The notes beneath the pieces are model-generated. The model saw only the letters and a program-made list of their open reading frames with translations. It ran no database searches and was not told where the DNA came from. Both the position numbers and the translations under genes were made by a program. Of a stretch of DNA of 64,000 nucleotides, positions 48,871 to 58,600 are shown one piece after another (within the stretch, counting starts at the first letter, position 1; each line of letters begins with the position of its first letter). Source of the stretch: Syntrophomonas sp. (GTDB taxonomy: Bacteria > Bacillota > Syntrophomonadia > Syntrophomonadales > Syntrophomonadaceae); NCBI GenBank assembly GCA_016841425.1, contig JAENZE010000015.1, forward strand, positions 14,032 through 78,031. Reading direction: 5' to 3'.

Positions 48871-49328
48871 TTGGGCTTGGCAGTAAAGAGAGACGATTTT
48901 ATGGTTAAGCTTTTGAGCTGTTAATAATGAATTCAACCAGCATAGCAACAATGGTAAAGGAAATACAGGCAAAACTTGATCAAAATACCCACTATGCCGT
49001 ACAGGTTAGAAATGGTATGGATAAGGCAAATAAGTATGTAGAGCATCAAAACCGGGTAACTCAAGAGATAGCAGAAGCTTGTGTACATTTGGAATCTACA
49101 TCTTTAAAGGTGTTTTCAATGGCCAAAGAAATGGTGATTTATAGTTAATAGCATAGTAATAGAGTATAGGGGTTTGAGCCTTATTTATGGATTAATCAAC
49201 AAATGATAATGCTTGGTATGAACATATTAGTTTATTAGTATATGGTATCACAGTCTATCGGACTCAAAGTTTGCTAACGAAAAATCGAACTGCTTATTTC
49301 TATAACGAATGCAAAAGGGTGGAATGGG

Positions 49329-50312
49329 ATGATCAGAATAATTAATAACTCTCGGGATCCTTATTATAATCTTGCCCTGGAGGAGTATGTCGTTACAGCA
49401 ATGCCGGAGGGAGAAGATTATTTTATTCTATGGCAAAATGAGCCCACGATCGTAGTGGGAAGAAACCAGAACACTATCGAAGAAATAAACCTTGCTTTCG
49501 TAGAGCGCAGGGGCATCAAAGTGGTAAGAAGAATGTCGGGCGGAGGTGCAGTATATCACGATCATGGTAACCTTAACTATACATTTGTAGTTCAGGAAGA
49601 AGGGCGTTTTCATAAATTTGATGTTTTCACCCGTTATTTAATAGATACTCTTAGAAAGTTAGGAATTCAAGCGGAGAATAGCGGTAGAAATGATATAACT
49701 ATTAATGGCAGAAAATTTTCCGGTAATGCACAGTTTAAACGTGGAAAACGGCTGCTTCATCATGGGACTATTCTCTTTAATTCGAGTTTAGATGTCATGG
49801 TTGAGGCTTTAAATGTTAATCCGGAAAAAATAATATCCAAAGGGATAAAATCGGTCAAAAGCCGTGTAACCAATATAAAGGAGCATCTGAACATGCCGCT
49901 GGATATCATTGAGTTTAAAGAACTCTTATATGCAACAGTGTTTGAAGCTGAGAACGAGATCTCAACGTATTATTTATCTGATACAGATCAGAAAGCGATA
50001 TCCAATTTGAGAAATACTAAATATGACTCCTGGGATTGGGTTTTTGGCAGCTCACCACCTTTTACTGTTCAGAAAAAAGGTGGCTTTGATTGGGGCAATA
50101 TCGATATTAGGCTGAGTATAAACCAGGGATATATCACTGAATGCAAAATATACGGCGATTTCTTTGCAGCACAGGATATAGAAGGACTTGAAATGAGATT
50201 TGCAGGACTGGCTTATAGAAAAGATGTTTTTCATAAGAATATTACCTCAGAGATCATAACAGCCTACTGGCCATCTGCAAAAGTTGATGAGATAATACAG
50301 CTTCTATTTTGA
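49329..50312 (+). CDS. lplA: lipoate-protein ligase A
   Basis: The RRMSGGGAVYHDHGN motif and the GRKFSGNAQ lysine motif. Full length of about 327 aa. Confidence 0.9.
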   Translation: MIRIINNSRDPYYNLALEEYVVTAMPEGEDYFILWQNEPTIVVGRNQNTIEEINLAFVERRGIKVVRRMSGGGAVYHDHGNLNYTFVVQEEGRFHKFDVFTRYLIDTLRKLGIQAENSGRNDITINGRKFSGNAQFKRGKRLLHHGTILFNSSLDVMVEALNVNPEKIISKGIKSVKSRVTNIKEHLNMPLDIIEFKELLYATVFEAENEISTYYLSDTDQKAISNLRNTKYDSWDWVFGSSPPFTVQKKGGFDWGNIDIRLSINQGYITECKIYGDFFAAQDIEGLEMRFAGLAYRKDVFHKNITSEIITAYWPSAKVDEIIQLLF

Positions 50313-50366
50313 TATGAAACATGCTGTTTTTAGCTAGAAGGTCCATGAAGAGATGGGGGGATTCAA

Positions 50367-51113
50367 ATGGATAGTGCAATTAAAGGATTAGACGATCTCG
50401 ATAACCATAGGCTGTCTGAATTAATAATAAATATGTTTCATCAGATCATGGTTCATCATACCATATACTTTTTGGAGGTAGAACATCAATTTGGTATGCC
50501 CAATGCACTCGAGATTATGGGACAGGTATTTCCTCAGAGTTACAGTGCACAGATGAAACGATTAGGAAAAACGCTGGGAATAGAAATGGAGGATTCTGTT
50601 CCTAAGGCTTTAATAGATATGCCCAGGGAGCAGTTGCTGGCATTAATCAAGTCTTTAGGCTCAAACTGGTTAGCGGGCGACGGTATCTGGTTTCAGGCTG
50701 TTGAACAAAACTACAGTGTTTTGGATGCGCAGCGTTGCGCGGGTGGTGCAGTAGGGAAATTTTGTGCTTTTGAAGCAAGTTCAATTAAGAAGTTTTTAGG
50801 TCTGCCGGAATTAGCTGGATTAGAAGGTCTTAAACAGGCACTTAAATTCAGACTATATCATCAGGTTAATGTGCAGTCTATTATTGATGAAAGCCCGAAT
50901 AGCATCATTTTTTATATGAATGAATGTGTTGTACAAACTACAAGAAAACGCAAAGGTCTAGATGACTATCCCTGCAAATCAACTGGAATGATGGAATATA
51001 GATCTTTTGCTTCTGCAATCGATCATCGAATTATAACGGAATGTTTAGGCTGTCCACCAGATTCTCATCCCGAGGAATGGTATTGCGCCTGGCGGTTTTC
51101 TATTGTCCCTTAA
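50367..51113 (+). CDS. hypothetical protein with a Cys-containing C-terminus (possibly DUF6125-like)
   Basis: Good RBS (GGGGGGA). No confident family. The C-terminal pattern C...C...CxxC...C suggests metal binding. Confidence 0.45.
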   Translation: MDSAIKGLDDLDNHRLSELIINMFHQIMVHHTIYFLEVEHQFGMPNALEIMGQVFPQSYSAQMKRLGKTLGIEMEDSVPKALIDMPREQLLALIKSLGSNWLAGDGIWFQAVEQNYSVLDAQRCAGGAVGKFCAFEASSIKKFLGLPELAGLEGLKQALKFRLYHQVNVQSIIDESPNSIIFYMNECVVQTTRKRKGLDDYPCKSTGMMEYRSFASAIDHRIITECLGCPPDSHPEEWYCAWRFSIVP

Positions 51114-51921
51114 ATAGAATAAAGGGCTTAAAGCATACTACGTGAAGGCTCTCTTATACCTATTATCGGGTTACCTGGGTTTATCGTTTGGTAAAATGGC
51201 TATTTCGAGACCCCCTCCTCGATTTTAGCCATCAAATGATAAACTCAGTTTTAATAAACTATAGTCCATACCGGATTATTAAGTAATGTATGGGAGTCAG
51301 TAAAAACTTTGTCATTAAATGAATAGTGAATTAATGGGAGCCTAAAATACCATGTCTTAGCATCTCGAACTACCAAATCTTTGTAATCATTTTAGCAACC
51401 TGCATGGCTCTTTACCTATCCAATACGTGCGATATCAAGTCGTTTAAAGTGTTTTCTTCCTTGTAATATTATGGAAAATACAGAAAAAGGGGGTCACTGA
51501 ATATATCAGTAACCCCAAAAGGAAGAGTTTAAATGTTAAATGAACTTGTAAGCAAATTGATTGCTTTCTCTTATTGTTTATGCAATTTGTATGCCAAATA
51601 AAATGGATTAATCACCTTGCCAGGTTAGTATTCAAGAAGCCTTAATCGATTATCAGGCGATATCGATTATGTTGTTCCAGAAGAAAAATCTTAAAGCTTA
51701 GCATTTGTCACGATTGTAAATGTAATATGTCATGGATAATGCATATTTATACATTGTTGAAGCAGCAAACAAGGCATTAATGACTTGGTTAGATCGCAGT
51801 TATTTAAACATAATTGGCGAAACAGAGAATAATAAACCGATATTGACTTGCTTGCTTGTATAAGTCCTGTCATGATGCTGAGCCAAAACAGAAAAGAGTA
51901 CATTTTATGGAGGTTTGTGAC

Positions 51922-52281
51922 ATGTTTGGGGTAAGAATTGTAGAACAAAATGTATTAATAATATCAGGTCGTCATAAATGGATAAGTCGGAATATTGGTA
52001 AATATTATGCTGATCTGGGTGCTATGGTAATATTAGTTGATATTAATTTGGAGGAGCACCGAATTATCATTGAGAGTCTTAATGAAAAAGGTATAAAATA
52101 TGCTTCAATATCCAGGGAAGTTTGTAATGATGATGAAGCTAGACAAGTACTGAATAATTGGCTGGAAGACTGTACAAAATTTAGAGTGGTAATTAATTTA
52201 ATGGGCGAAGAGGTTTTTATTACAAGTAGATTAAAAGATATTCTGGAGTCTCAAGGTGGGATTCTATACACAGCTGTATGA
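51922..52281 (+). CDS. truncated or degenerate SDR-like Rossmann fragment (possible pseudogene)
   Basis: The VLIISGRHKWISRNIG...VILVDIN...VVINLMG pattern mimics an SDR N-terminus with a degenerate Gly motif. It ends before the catalytic YxxxK. GGAGG RBS. Confidence 0.4.
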   Translation: MFGVRIVEQNVLIISGRHKWISRNIGKYYADLGAMVILVDINLEEHRIIIESLNEKGIKYASISREVCNDDEARQVLNNWLEDCTKFRVVINLMGEEVFITSRLKDILESQGGILYTAV

Positions 52282-52367
52282 CGAGATCATATAAGGGAAC
52301 CTGAAGGGAACCTAATGGTTCTGGTTTACTTAATATTTTGGCGAAATAACTCCTGGTCTGACTCTTC

Positions 52368-52637
52368 CTATGTACTCTCGGTTCTTTGAAGTCTGCTATT
52401 TCTTAGATATAAAAGGATATCAATTGACACCATAGTCATATTAGTAATATAAAGGTATATTACATAGTCATAGCTGTAAAAAACCTTATGAAGTATGCTG
52501 AATACATATCCTGACCAGGCTATCAATAAGAAAACCAGGCTCTTGCCTTTAGTAGATCTGGAAGTATATGATTTGTGGATGGAAAACGGCCAGGCAGATC
52601 CCCAGCATATTAACATTAGAATTTCAAAAATACTCAT
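52368..52637 (-). CDS. small 3-TM PQ-loop/SemiSWEET-like membrane protein
   Basis: 89 aa with three hydrophobic helices. The WPFSIHKSYTSRSTKGKS loop resembles bacterial PQ-loop proteins. Confidence 0.5.
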   Translation of the reverse strand: MSIFEILMLICWGSAWPFSIHKSYTSRSTKGKSLVFLLIAWSGYVFSILHKVFYSYDYVIYLYITNMTMVSIDILLYLRNSRLQRTEST

Positions 52638-52687
52638 AAAATTATAGTCCCTCCATTAATATTCTCATCAACATTTACTTTTTAAGT

Positions 52688-53458
52688 TTAAATATATATA
52701 CAATCACCAATATCTTCAAAAAAAACCGTATCAATAAAGTCTTTTTCTACCCTCTGAAAGCTTTTCCTGGTTGCATCTATCCATCCACCGCTATCCAACT
52801 CTCGGTATGGAAAATGAACTACAGCAATCTTTTGTGGATTGATATATTTTTTGATTATCCGTCTGGCTGCAGACAGGCCTACATATGGAAAGGGTGCTAT
52901 GAGTAAGTCCAAGTTTTTATCGGTCAGATTAAGATCAGCATAATTTTCACCGACGGGTTTGGCATCTCCTACATGTAAGATTCTCTTTCCATCTGCTTCA
53001 ATAAGATAGGCAAAATTTTGAATATCTCTGTATTTATCTCCATCATGTAAAAGAGGAATGGCCTGGATTTTAACTCCATCTATTATATGCAAATTCTCAC
53101 TTAATCCCATTGGAGCACCTGCCTGGATTAATTGGATGTTTGCCAACCCTGATTGCTGTTTGCGTATTTCTCTAATTGCGTCATTATTTGTAATAACAAC
53201 AGTATTAGGATTATGCTTTAAAAATTTTACTGTGGTTTGGGGATCAAAGTGATCACTATGATGATGGGTAAAAAGAATAATGTCGATGTTTTTATCCGGG
53301 GAAATACCTCCGATAAATTGAGTTTTCAATTCAACAGGCGGATTTTTGAATATTGGAACTACTGAATTACAGAAGCCATCAATAAGTATATTTTTTTTAT
53401 CAAAACTTAATAAAACCCCAGCATTTGAGACGTAGGATATCCTGCAAAATTGTTTCAT
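52688..53458 (-). CDS. MBL-fold metallo-hydrolase
   Basis: HHHSDH metal motif and a downstream HVGD. Confidence 0.8.
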   Translation of the reverse strand: MKQFCRISYVSNAGVLLSFDKKNILIDGFCNSVVPIFKNPPVELKTQFIGGISPDKNIDIILFTHHHSDHFDPQTTVKFLKHNPNTVVITNNDAIREIRKQQSGLANIQLIQAGAPMGLSENLHIIDGVKIQAIPLLHDGDKYRDIQNFAYLIEADGKRILHVGDAKPVGENYADLNLTDKNLDLLIAPFPYVGLSAARRIIKKYINPQKIAVVHFPYRELDSGGWIDATRKSFQRVEKDFIDTVFFEDIGDCIYI

Positions 53459-54220
53459 TTATTATCCTAAACCTTCCTCATTATTTTTATTACACAATGT
53501 TTGCAATAAATAGTGAGACTTTTTTGGTACTATATTTTGCAAAAATCATGCCATTTAGGATTTAGAATAAAGCAATTTAAGCTGCTTGCCAGATTATCTC
53601 CTCACACCAGCCCCAAAAAATACCCGCAGGCGCTGGTCCTGCGGATGATATAAGAAAAAAGAGTTAAATGAAAGATTAAGGATTCCTATGGATAAAAATG
53701 GTTATTTTTGGTTTAGCGGAGGCGCTGCTCAAAAGCAAGATTTCAGACAGTGTTATGAGATGGCTGAATATGTTATTTTAGAAATTAATGAACGTATTCT
53801 GGAAGGCAGCGATCAAGAACAGGAATGTATTCATATTTCTCAAGCAGATATGGTTGTGGCAGTAATAATGATGAGCTGATACCGGGTTTCAGAAAATCTG
53901 TTAAGCACTACCAATATGCAAAGAAAAATGGAACACCTTTTAATAAGGCAGTGTAAAAGGCGAAGCTCTTTACGATGAACCGTAGTCGATAATTTAAATT
54001 TTCAGATTCGTACCATTGTATCAGCATTACCAAATAGAAAAAAACCAACTTGTTTAAGGAACCCGGATTACAGGACAACCATCCTAGCCAAAAGCCTGTT
54101 GCTATTTACTATCTAAATTAGCTGTCCAGGGCTCTGCTCTCTACATGTGTCCAATTTTAATACTGATAAGTTATTTGTTATACTGGCAAGAGTTAGTTTT
54201 ATAGTATTAGAGGGCTGATA

Positions 54221-55594
54221 ATGATAAAGAAAATTGCTGAAGCTATCGCTTCTTGCGGTGGCAGAGCTTATTATGTGGGAGGATACATACGGGACCTGTT
54301 ATTAGGCATAGATAACAAAGATATTGATGTGGAAGTATTAGGTATATCTCTGCTGGAACTCACTGATGTATTAAGTGAATTCGGCAAAGTTGAAGTAATA
54401 GGTAAATCATTTAGAGTACTTAAGGTTGGAAAAATTGATGCAGATTTCTGCTTGCCTCGCTGCAATGGAGATTCTGACCTGAATCAGTGCAATCCATACC
54501 TTTCAACCGAACAAGCTGCTAAAAGACGGGACTTTACAATTAACTCAATAATGCAGGATATTGTAACCGGACAAATTATAGATTTTTTCGGGGGTCAAGC
54601 TGATTTGCATCAAGGAATTATCAGACACGTGGATGATGAAACCTTTATTGAAGATCCGCTTAGAGTCTACCGGGCTTTTCAATTTGCCGCCAGATTTTCT
54701 TTTGATATTGCCGACGAGACCTGTAAGCTGATGCAAAACATCAATCTAATAGGTATAGCTAAAGAAAGAGTTTACGAGGAATTCAGGAAACTATTGTTGG
54801 GAGCTGATAAACCTTCAATAGGCTTTAGATATATGCAGCAGATGGGAATATTAGATACTATGCACCCTTTATTAGCACAGATGGTGGGTTGCCCCCAGGA
54901 GCCCAGGCACCATCCCGAAGGAGATGTCTGGAATCACACCCTGCTGGTGGTGGACCAGGCTGCCAGCCAAAAAGAACAGGCTAGTAATCCTGAAGCCTTT
55001 ATGTGGGCTGCTCTATTACATGATATCGGTAAGCCTTGTGTAACCCGCATAAATGAAAATGGCTATACAGCTTATGGACATGATACTAAAGGAGAAGAAC
55101 TGGCCATACAATTTATGAAAAGCCTGACCGACAATAGAGACCTAAAGAAAGAAGCAGGAGCATTAGTAAGGGAGCATATGAAACCTCTGCTTTTATACAA
55201 AGAACGTAAATATGTAAGTGACGGGGCCCTGCGTAGATTGGCCCGCCGGGTAAATATCAATGACATATTATTGCTGGCCGAAGCTGACCACAAGGGTAGA
55301 GACGGAGAATATGGCGCAGAGAGATTTGAGCCTATTAAAGATTGGTTTATTGAGAAAATCGATGCTTTGAAGCTGGATAAGATAGTTGAACCCTGCATAC
55401 AGGGCAGAGATCTAATTAATATGGGTTATAAACCGGGGCCGTATTTCGGAAAGGTGCTGCGTTACGCTCTTGAACTTCAGTTAGACGGCCTTTCTGCCGA
55501 AGAGATCTATCTTCAGGTTAGGTCGTATATGTCAGAACAAGGATTTGACAATCAACATAGAGAAATAACCCCTGAGACTGGTAAACAGAATTAG
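54221..55594 (+). CDS. cca: CCA tRNA nucleotidyltransferase with HD domain
   Basis: GGYIRDLLLG ... DIDVEV nucleotidyltransferase head, RRDFTINS, and an HD region (HPEGDVWNHT ... LHDIGK). Confidence 0.85.
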   Translation: MIKKIAEAIASCGGRAYYVGGYIRDLLLGIDNKDIDVEVLGISLLELTDVLSEFGKVEVIGKSFRVLKVGKIDADFCLPRCNGDSDLNQCNPYLSTEQAAKRRDFTINSIMQDIVTGQIIDFFGGQADLHQGIIRHVDDETFIEDPLRVYRAFQFAARFSFDIADETCKLMQNINLIGIAKERVYEEFRKLLLGADKPSIGFRYMQQMGILDTMHPLLAQMVGCPQEPRHHPEGDVWNHTLLVVDQAASQKEQASNPEAFMWAALLHDIGKPCVTRINENGYTAYGHDTKGEELAIQFMKSLTDNRDLKKEAGALVREHMKPLLLYKERKYVSDGALRRLARRVNINDILLLAEADHKGRDGEYGAERFEPIKDWFIEKIDALKLDKIVEPCIQGRDLINMGYKPGPYFGKVLRYALELQLDGLSAEEIYLQVRSYMSEQGFDNQHREITPETGKQN

Positions 55595-56065
55595 AACGAA
55601 TCTTAGTATGTAATCGCAGGCATAACTTCCCTTCAAACGGGAAGGACCAACCGCCAACACAATTCCGATACACATTTTATAACAATATAGCCAATAAATA
55701 CTATTTGCTTTGGTATTGCCCCCTTTCACCAGTACCGTTCTTATGTTTGCTTGATTTAGAGTAGCTATTATCCTGGTTTTATAGGATATTAAGGCTTTAA
55801 ATAATTTTCTGTTGAGGATAGCGGCAAGTATGATCAAGTTAAAAGCAGGGAAGCAGTACTTATTTGCATAATGTATACATTGGTGAAACCTATTTAATTT
55901 GTATACAAATATGATAAAATGTATTTTATGTATCTCGGATGAGGTTCTTGGATGATAGAACCAACAACTGGAAAACTATACACTCAAAGGCAAGCTGCCT
56001 GTACCTTTAGTGTTAATTAGTTGCACCCTCATATGACATCTAAATCCGTGTTGGATAGAGATAAT

Positions 56066-56300
56066 ATGAAATCACGGAATGTCTATATGCAATTCTTAAT
56101 CGTCCCTGGTCAAGGAAGCTCCCTTTGATGCATCCCGCATGACGCATTTCCGTAAACAGAGGATCGAATCGTGAGCTTGCATATGCCGTTTTGTCAGACC
56201 TCACGGCCGTGGCAAAGCCAGTGCTAATGTGGAATTTTTAACCATACTGGCAGTATCGCTGATGGTGCAGATTCACACACGGAAGAAATTAGATTATTGA
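56066..56300 (+). pseudogene. frameshifted N-terminal relic of an IS5/IS1182-like transposase (DUF772-type region)
   Basis: NVYMQFLIVPGQ (one frame) and KEAPFDASRMTHFRKQRI (next frame) resemble the conserved ENPYMQYFxGL...PFDxSxxxxFRKR block. Stops interrupt all frames. Confidence 0.4.
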
Positions 56301-56418
56301 ATGAAGGGGCAATATGTAGGAATAATAATCCAGGTGGTGGGACTGTATTAAATAAAAATTTATTGGCTTTTAATCAAACCCTGATTAATATAAAAATAGC
56401 GCGGAATGGAGTGGGGTT

Positions 56419-57795
56419 ATGAAAGTAAATATCACAGAAACTGTCTTAAGAGACGCCAACCAATCTCTGATTGCAACAAGATTGCCTTTCAGCGATTTTG
56501 AAGGAATTCTTGAAAAAATCGATAATGCTGGATACCATTCAGTTGAATGCTGGGGAGGAGCAACGTATGACTCCTGCCTCAGGTACTTGAATGAAGATCC
56601 CTGGGAGAGACTTAGGAAAATTAAATCCAAGATAAAGAAGACCAGGCTTCAGATGCTGCTGCGGGGCCAAAACCTCATAGCCTATAAGCATTACCCGGAC
56701 GATGTGGTCAGGAAGTTTGTAGAGCATGCCATCCAAAATGGTATAGATATCATGAGGATATTTGATGCCCTTAATGATTTCCGAAATATTGAAGTAGCTG
56801 TGGACCAGACCTTGAAAAGTGGGGGTCATGCACAGGGAACCATTTGCTATACCATAAGCCCCATCCATAACCTGGCAAACTATGTAAAATGGGGCAAACA
56901 GCTGGAAGAGATGGGTGTAGATTCTATCTGCATCAAGGACATGTCAGGCATCATGGGGCCTCAGGAGGCCTATGATTTGATAAAAGCATTGAAGGACACG
57001 GTTACCAAGCCGGTGGTACTACATACCCACTGTACAACAGGTCTGGGGCCCATGACTTATTATAAGGCTATTGAAGCTGGCGTTGATGTAATCGACTGTG
57101 CCATTTCCGCTTTCTCAGGCGGAACATCCCAGCCTCCTACTGAATCCTTGCATTTTGCATTAAAGCAGGCAGGCTATGAAACGGGCCTTAACGAAGACAT
57201 TCTTAAAGAGATCAATGATTTCTTCAAACCTGTTAAAGATAAATTCCTTGAATCAGGTGTACTGGACCCGTATGTGCTGGGCTCAGATACAGATGCCCTG
57301 GTTTACCAGGTGCCTGGAGGCATGCTTTCCAATCTCCTATCTCAATTGAAGCATAGTAATTCTCTGGACAGACTCCAGGAAGTGCTGCAGGAAATCCCCC
57401 AAGTCAGAAAAGAACTGGGTTACCCGCCGCTTGTTACTCCTATGAGCCAGATCGTTGGCGTGCAGGCAACTACCAATGTGCTGATGGGGGAAAGATACGA
57501 GAATATATCTTCGGAAGTCAGGTCCTATTTTAAAGGTGAATATGGCCGGGCCCCTGGTGAAGTAGATACGGAAATTATGAAGAAGGTTCTGGGAGACGAA
57601 AAGCCAATCACCCAGAGGTTTGCAGATACCCTGGAACCTGGTTTTGAAAAAGCCAGACAAGAGATAGGCAACCTGGCTAAAAACGATGAGGATGTACTTT
57701 CCTATATCATCTTTCCGCCGATTGCTGAAAAGTTCTTCCAATACCGAGAAGAAAGCGCTGCTTTGAAGGTGAACTATACCATAATGAAAGTTTAA
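56419..57795 (+). CDS. oadA: oxaloacetate decarboxylase alpha subunit, carboxyltransferase (5S-type TIM barrel) without a biotin domain
   Basis: ITETVLRDANQSL start and HTHCTTGL metal site. It ends without a biotinyl domain, which is encoded separately at 58194. Confidence 0.85.
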   Translation: MKVNITETVLRDANQSLIATRLPFSDFEGILEKIDNAGYHSVECWGGATYDSCLRYLNEDPWERLRKIKSKIKKTRLQMLLRGQNLIAYKHYPDDVVRKFVEHAIQNGIDIMRIFDALNDFRNIEVAVDQTLKSGGHAQGTICYTISPIHNLANYVKWGKQLEEMGVDSICIKDMSGIMGPQEAYDLIKALKDTVTKPVVLHTHCTTGLGPMTYYKAIEAGVDVIDCAISAFSGGTSQPPTESLHFALKQAGYETGLNEDILKEINDFFKPVKDKFLESGVLDPYVLGSDTDALVYQVPGGMLSNLLSQLKHSNSLDRLQEVLQEIPQVRKELGYPPLVTPMSQIVGVQATTNVLMGERYENISSEVRSYFKGEYGRAPGEVDTEIMKKVLGDEKPITQRFADTLEPGFEKARQEIGNLAKNDEDVLSYIIFPPIAEKFFQYREESAALKVNYTIMKV

Positions 57796-57807
57796 AGGAG
57801 GGTGTTT

Positions 57808-58161
57808 ATGAGTTTAGCGGACAGCTTGATAGTATCCTTGATCGGCATAGCTGTTGTTTTTTCGGTGCTGATCCTGCTGAGCTTTTTTATAAAGCTGCAA
57901 TCTGTGATTGTGGAATATGTTATGGAATATAACATCAAAGCAGCCACGAGAAAAAACGATACCGAAAATATTCCGGCACAGGCCGAAACAGCGGCTACGG
58001 GAGAAGGCCCTGCAGAAGCTGGCGGAGGATGGACTGCAGGTGAGTTGAAGCTTGTGGGTGTTGATGAGAAAACGGCGGCCATGATCATGGCTATCGTCAG
58101 CCATGAGAGCCAGATTCCTCTGTCTGAGCTGCAATTTAAGATAATAAAAGCCATTGATTAA
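57808..58161 (+). CDS. oadG: OadG-family sodium-pump decarboxylase gamma subunit
   Basis: N-terminal TM helix (LIVSLIGIAVVFSVLILL) and a C-terminal AAMIMAIV motif. AAGGAGGG RBS. Confidence 0.75.
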   Translation: MSLADSLIVSLIGIAVVFSVLILLSFFIKLQSVIVEYVMEYNIKAATRKNDTENIPAQAETAATGEGPAEAGGGWTAGELKLVGVDEKTAAMIMAIVSHESQIPLSELQFKIIKAID

Positions 58162-58193
58162 TATACAAATCCTACTATAGAGGGGTAATGCAA

Positions 58194-58586
58194 ATGAAAT
58201 ACATAGTAACCATAAACGATAAAAATTATGAAGTTGAAGTTGAGAGAGGACAGGCAACCATAGTGAAAACTACTCAGGCTGCTGTGGCACCTGAACCAGA
58301 AACAGTACCCGTATCCATTGCACCTGCTGCCCCGGTAGCACCTGCTGCGCCGGCAGCTCAGGCTGGTGTGTCCGGAGAGCCCTTGAAATCTCCCTTGCCC
58401 GGCAACATCCTGGATATTAAAGTTAATCCAGGTGCCTCAGTAAATAAAGGTGATGTTTTGTTTGTTCTTGAAGCCATGAAGATGGAAACCCAGGTAAAAG
58501 CTCCGAGAGATGGGGTGGTTTCTCAGATCTTGGTTGCTAAAGGAGCGTCTGTAGCTACAGGTGACATCCTTCTTACGCTGCAATAG
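58194..58586 (+). CDS. biotin carboxyl carrier protein
   Basis: Ala/Pro linker, then a biotinyl domain with EAMKME. Confidence 0.85.
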   Translation: MKYIVTINDKNYEVEVERGQATIVKTTQAAVAPEPETVPVSIAPAAPVAPAAPAAQAGVSGEPLKSPLPGNILDIKVNPGASVNKGDVLFVLEAMKMETQVKAPRDGVVSQILVAKGASVATGDILLTLQ

Positions 58587-58600
58587 TGGGGGGAATTATA

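Noticed and set aside
53688-53879. 63-aa plus-strand ORF with a weak AAGGA RBS.
   Set aside because: It has no recognisable family and sits isolated in an ORF-poor region. It could be real but cannot be supported from sequence alone.
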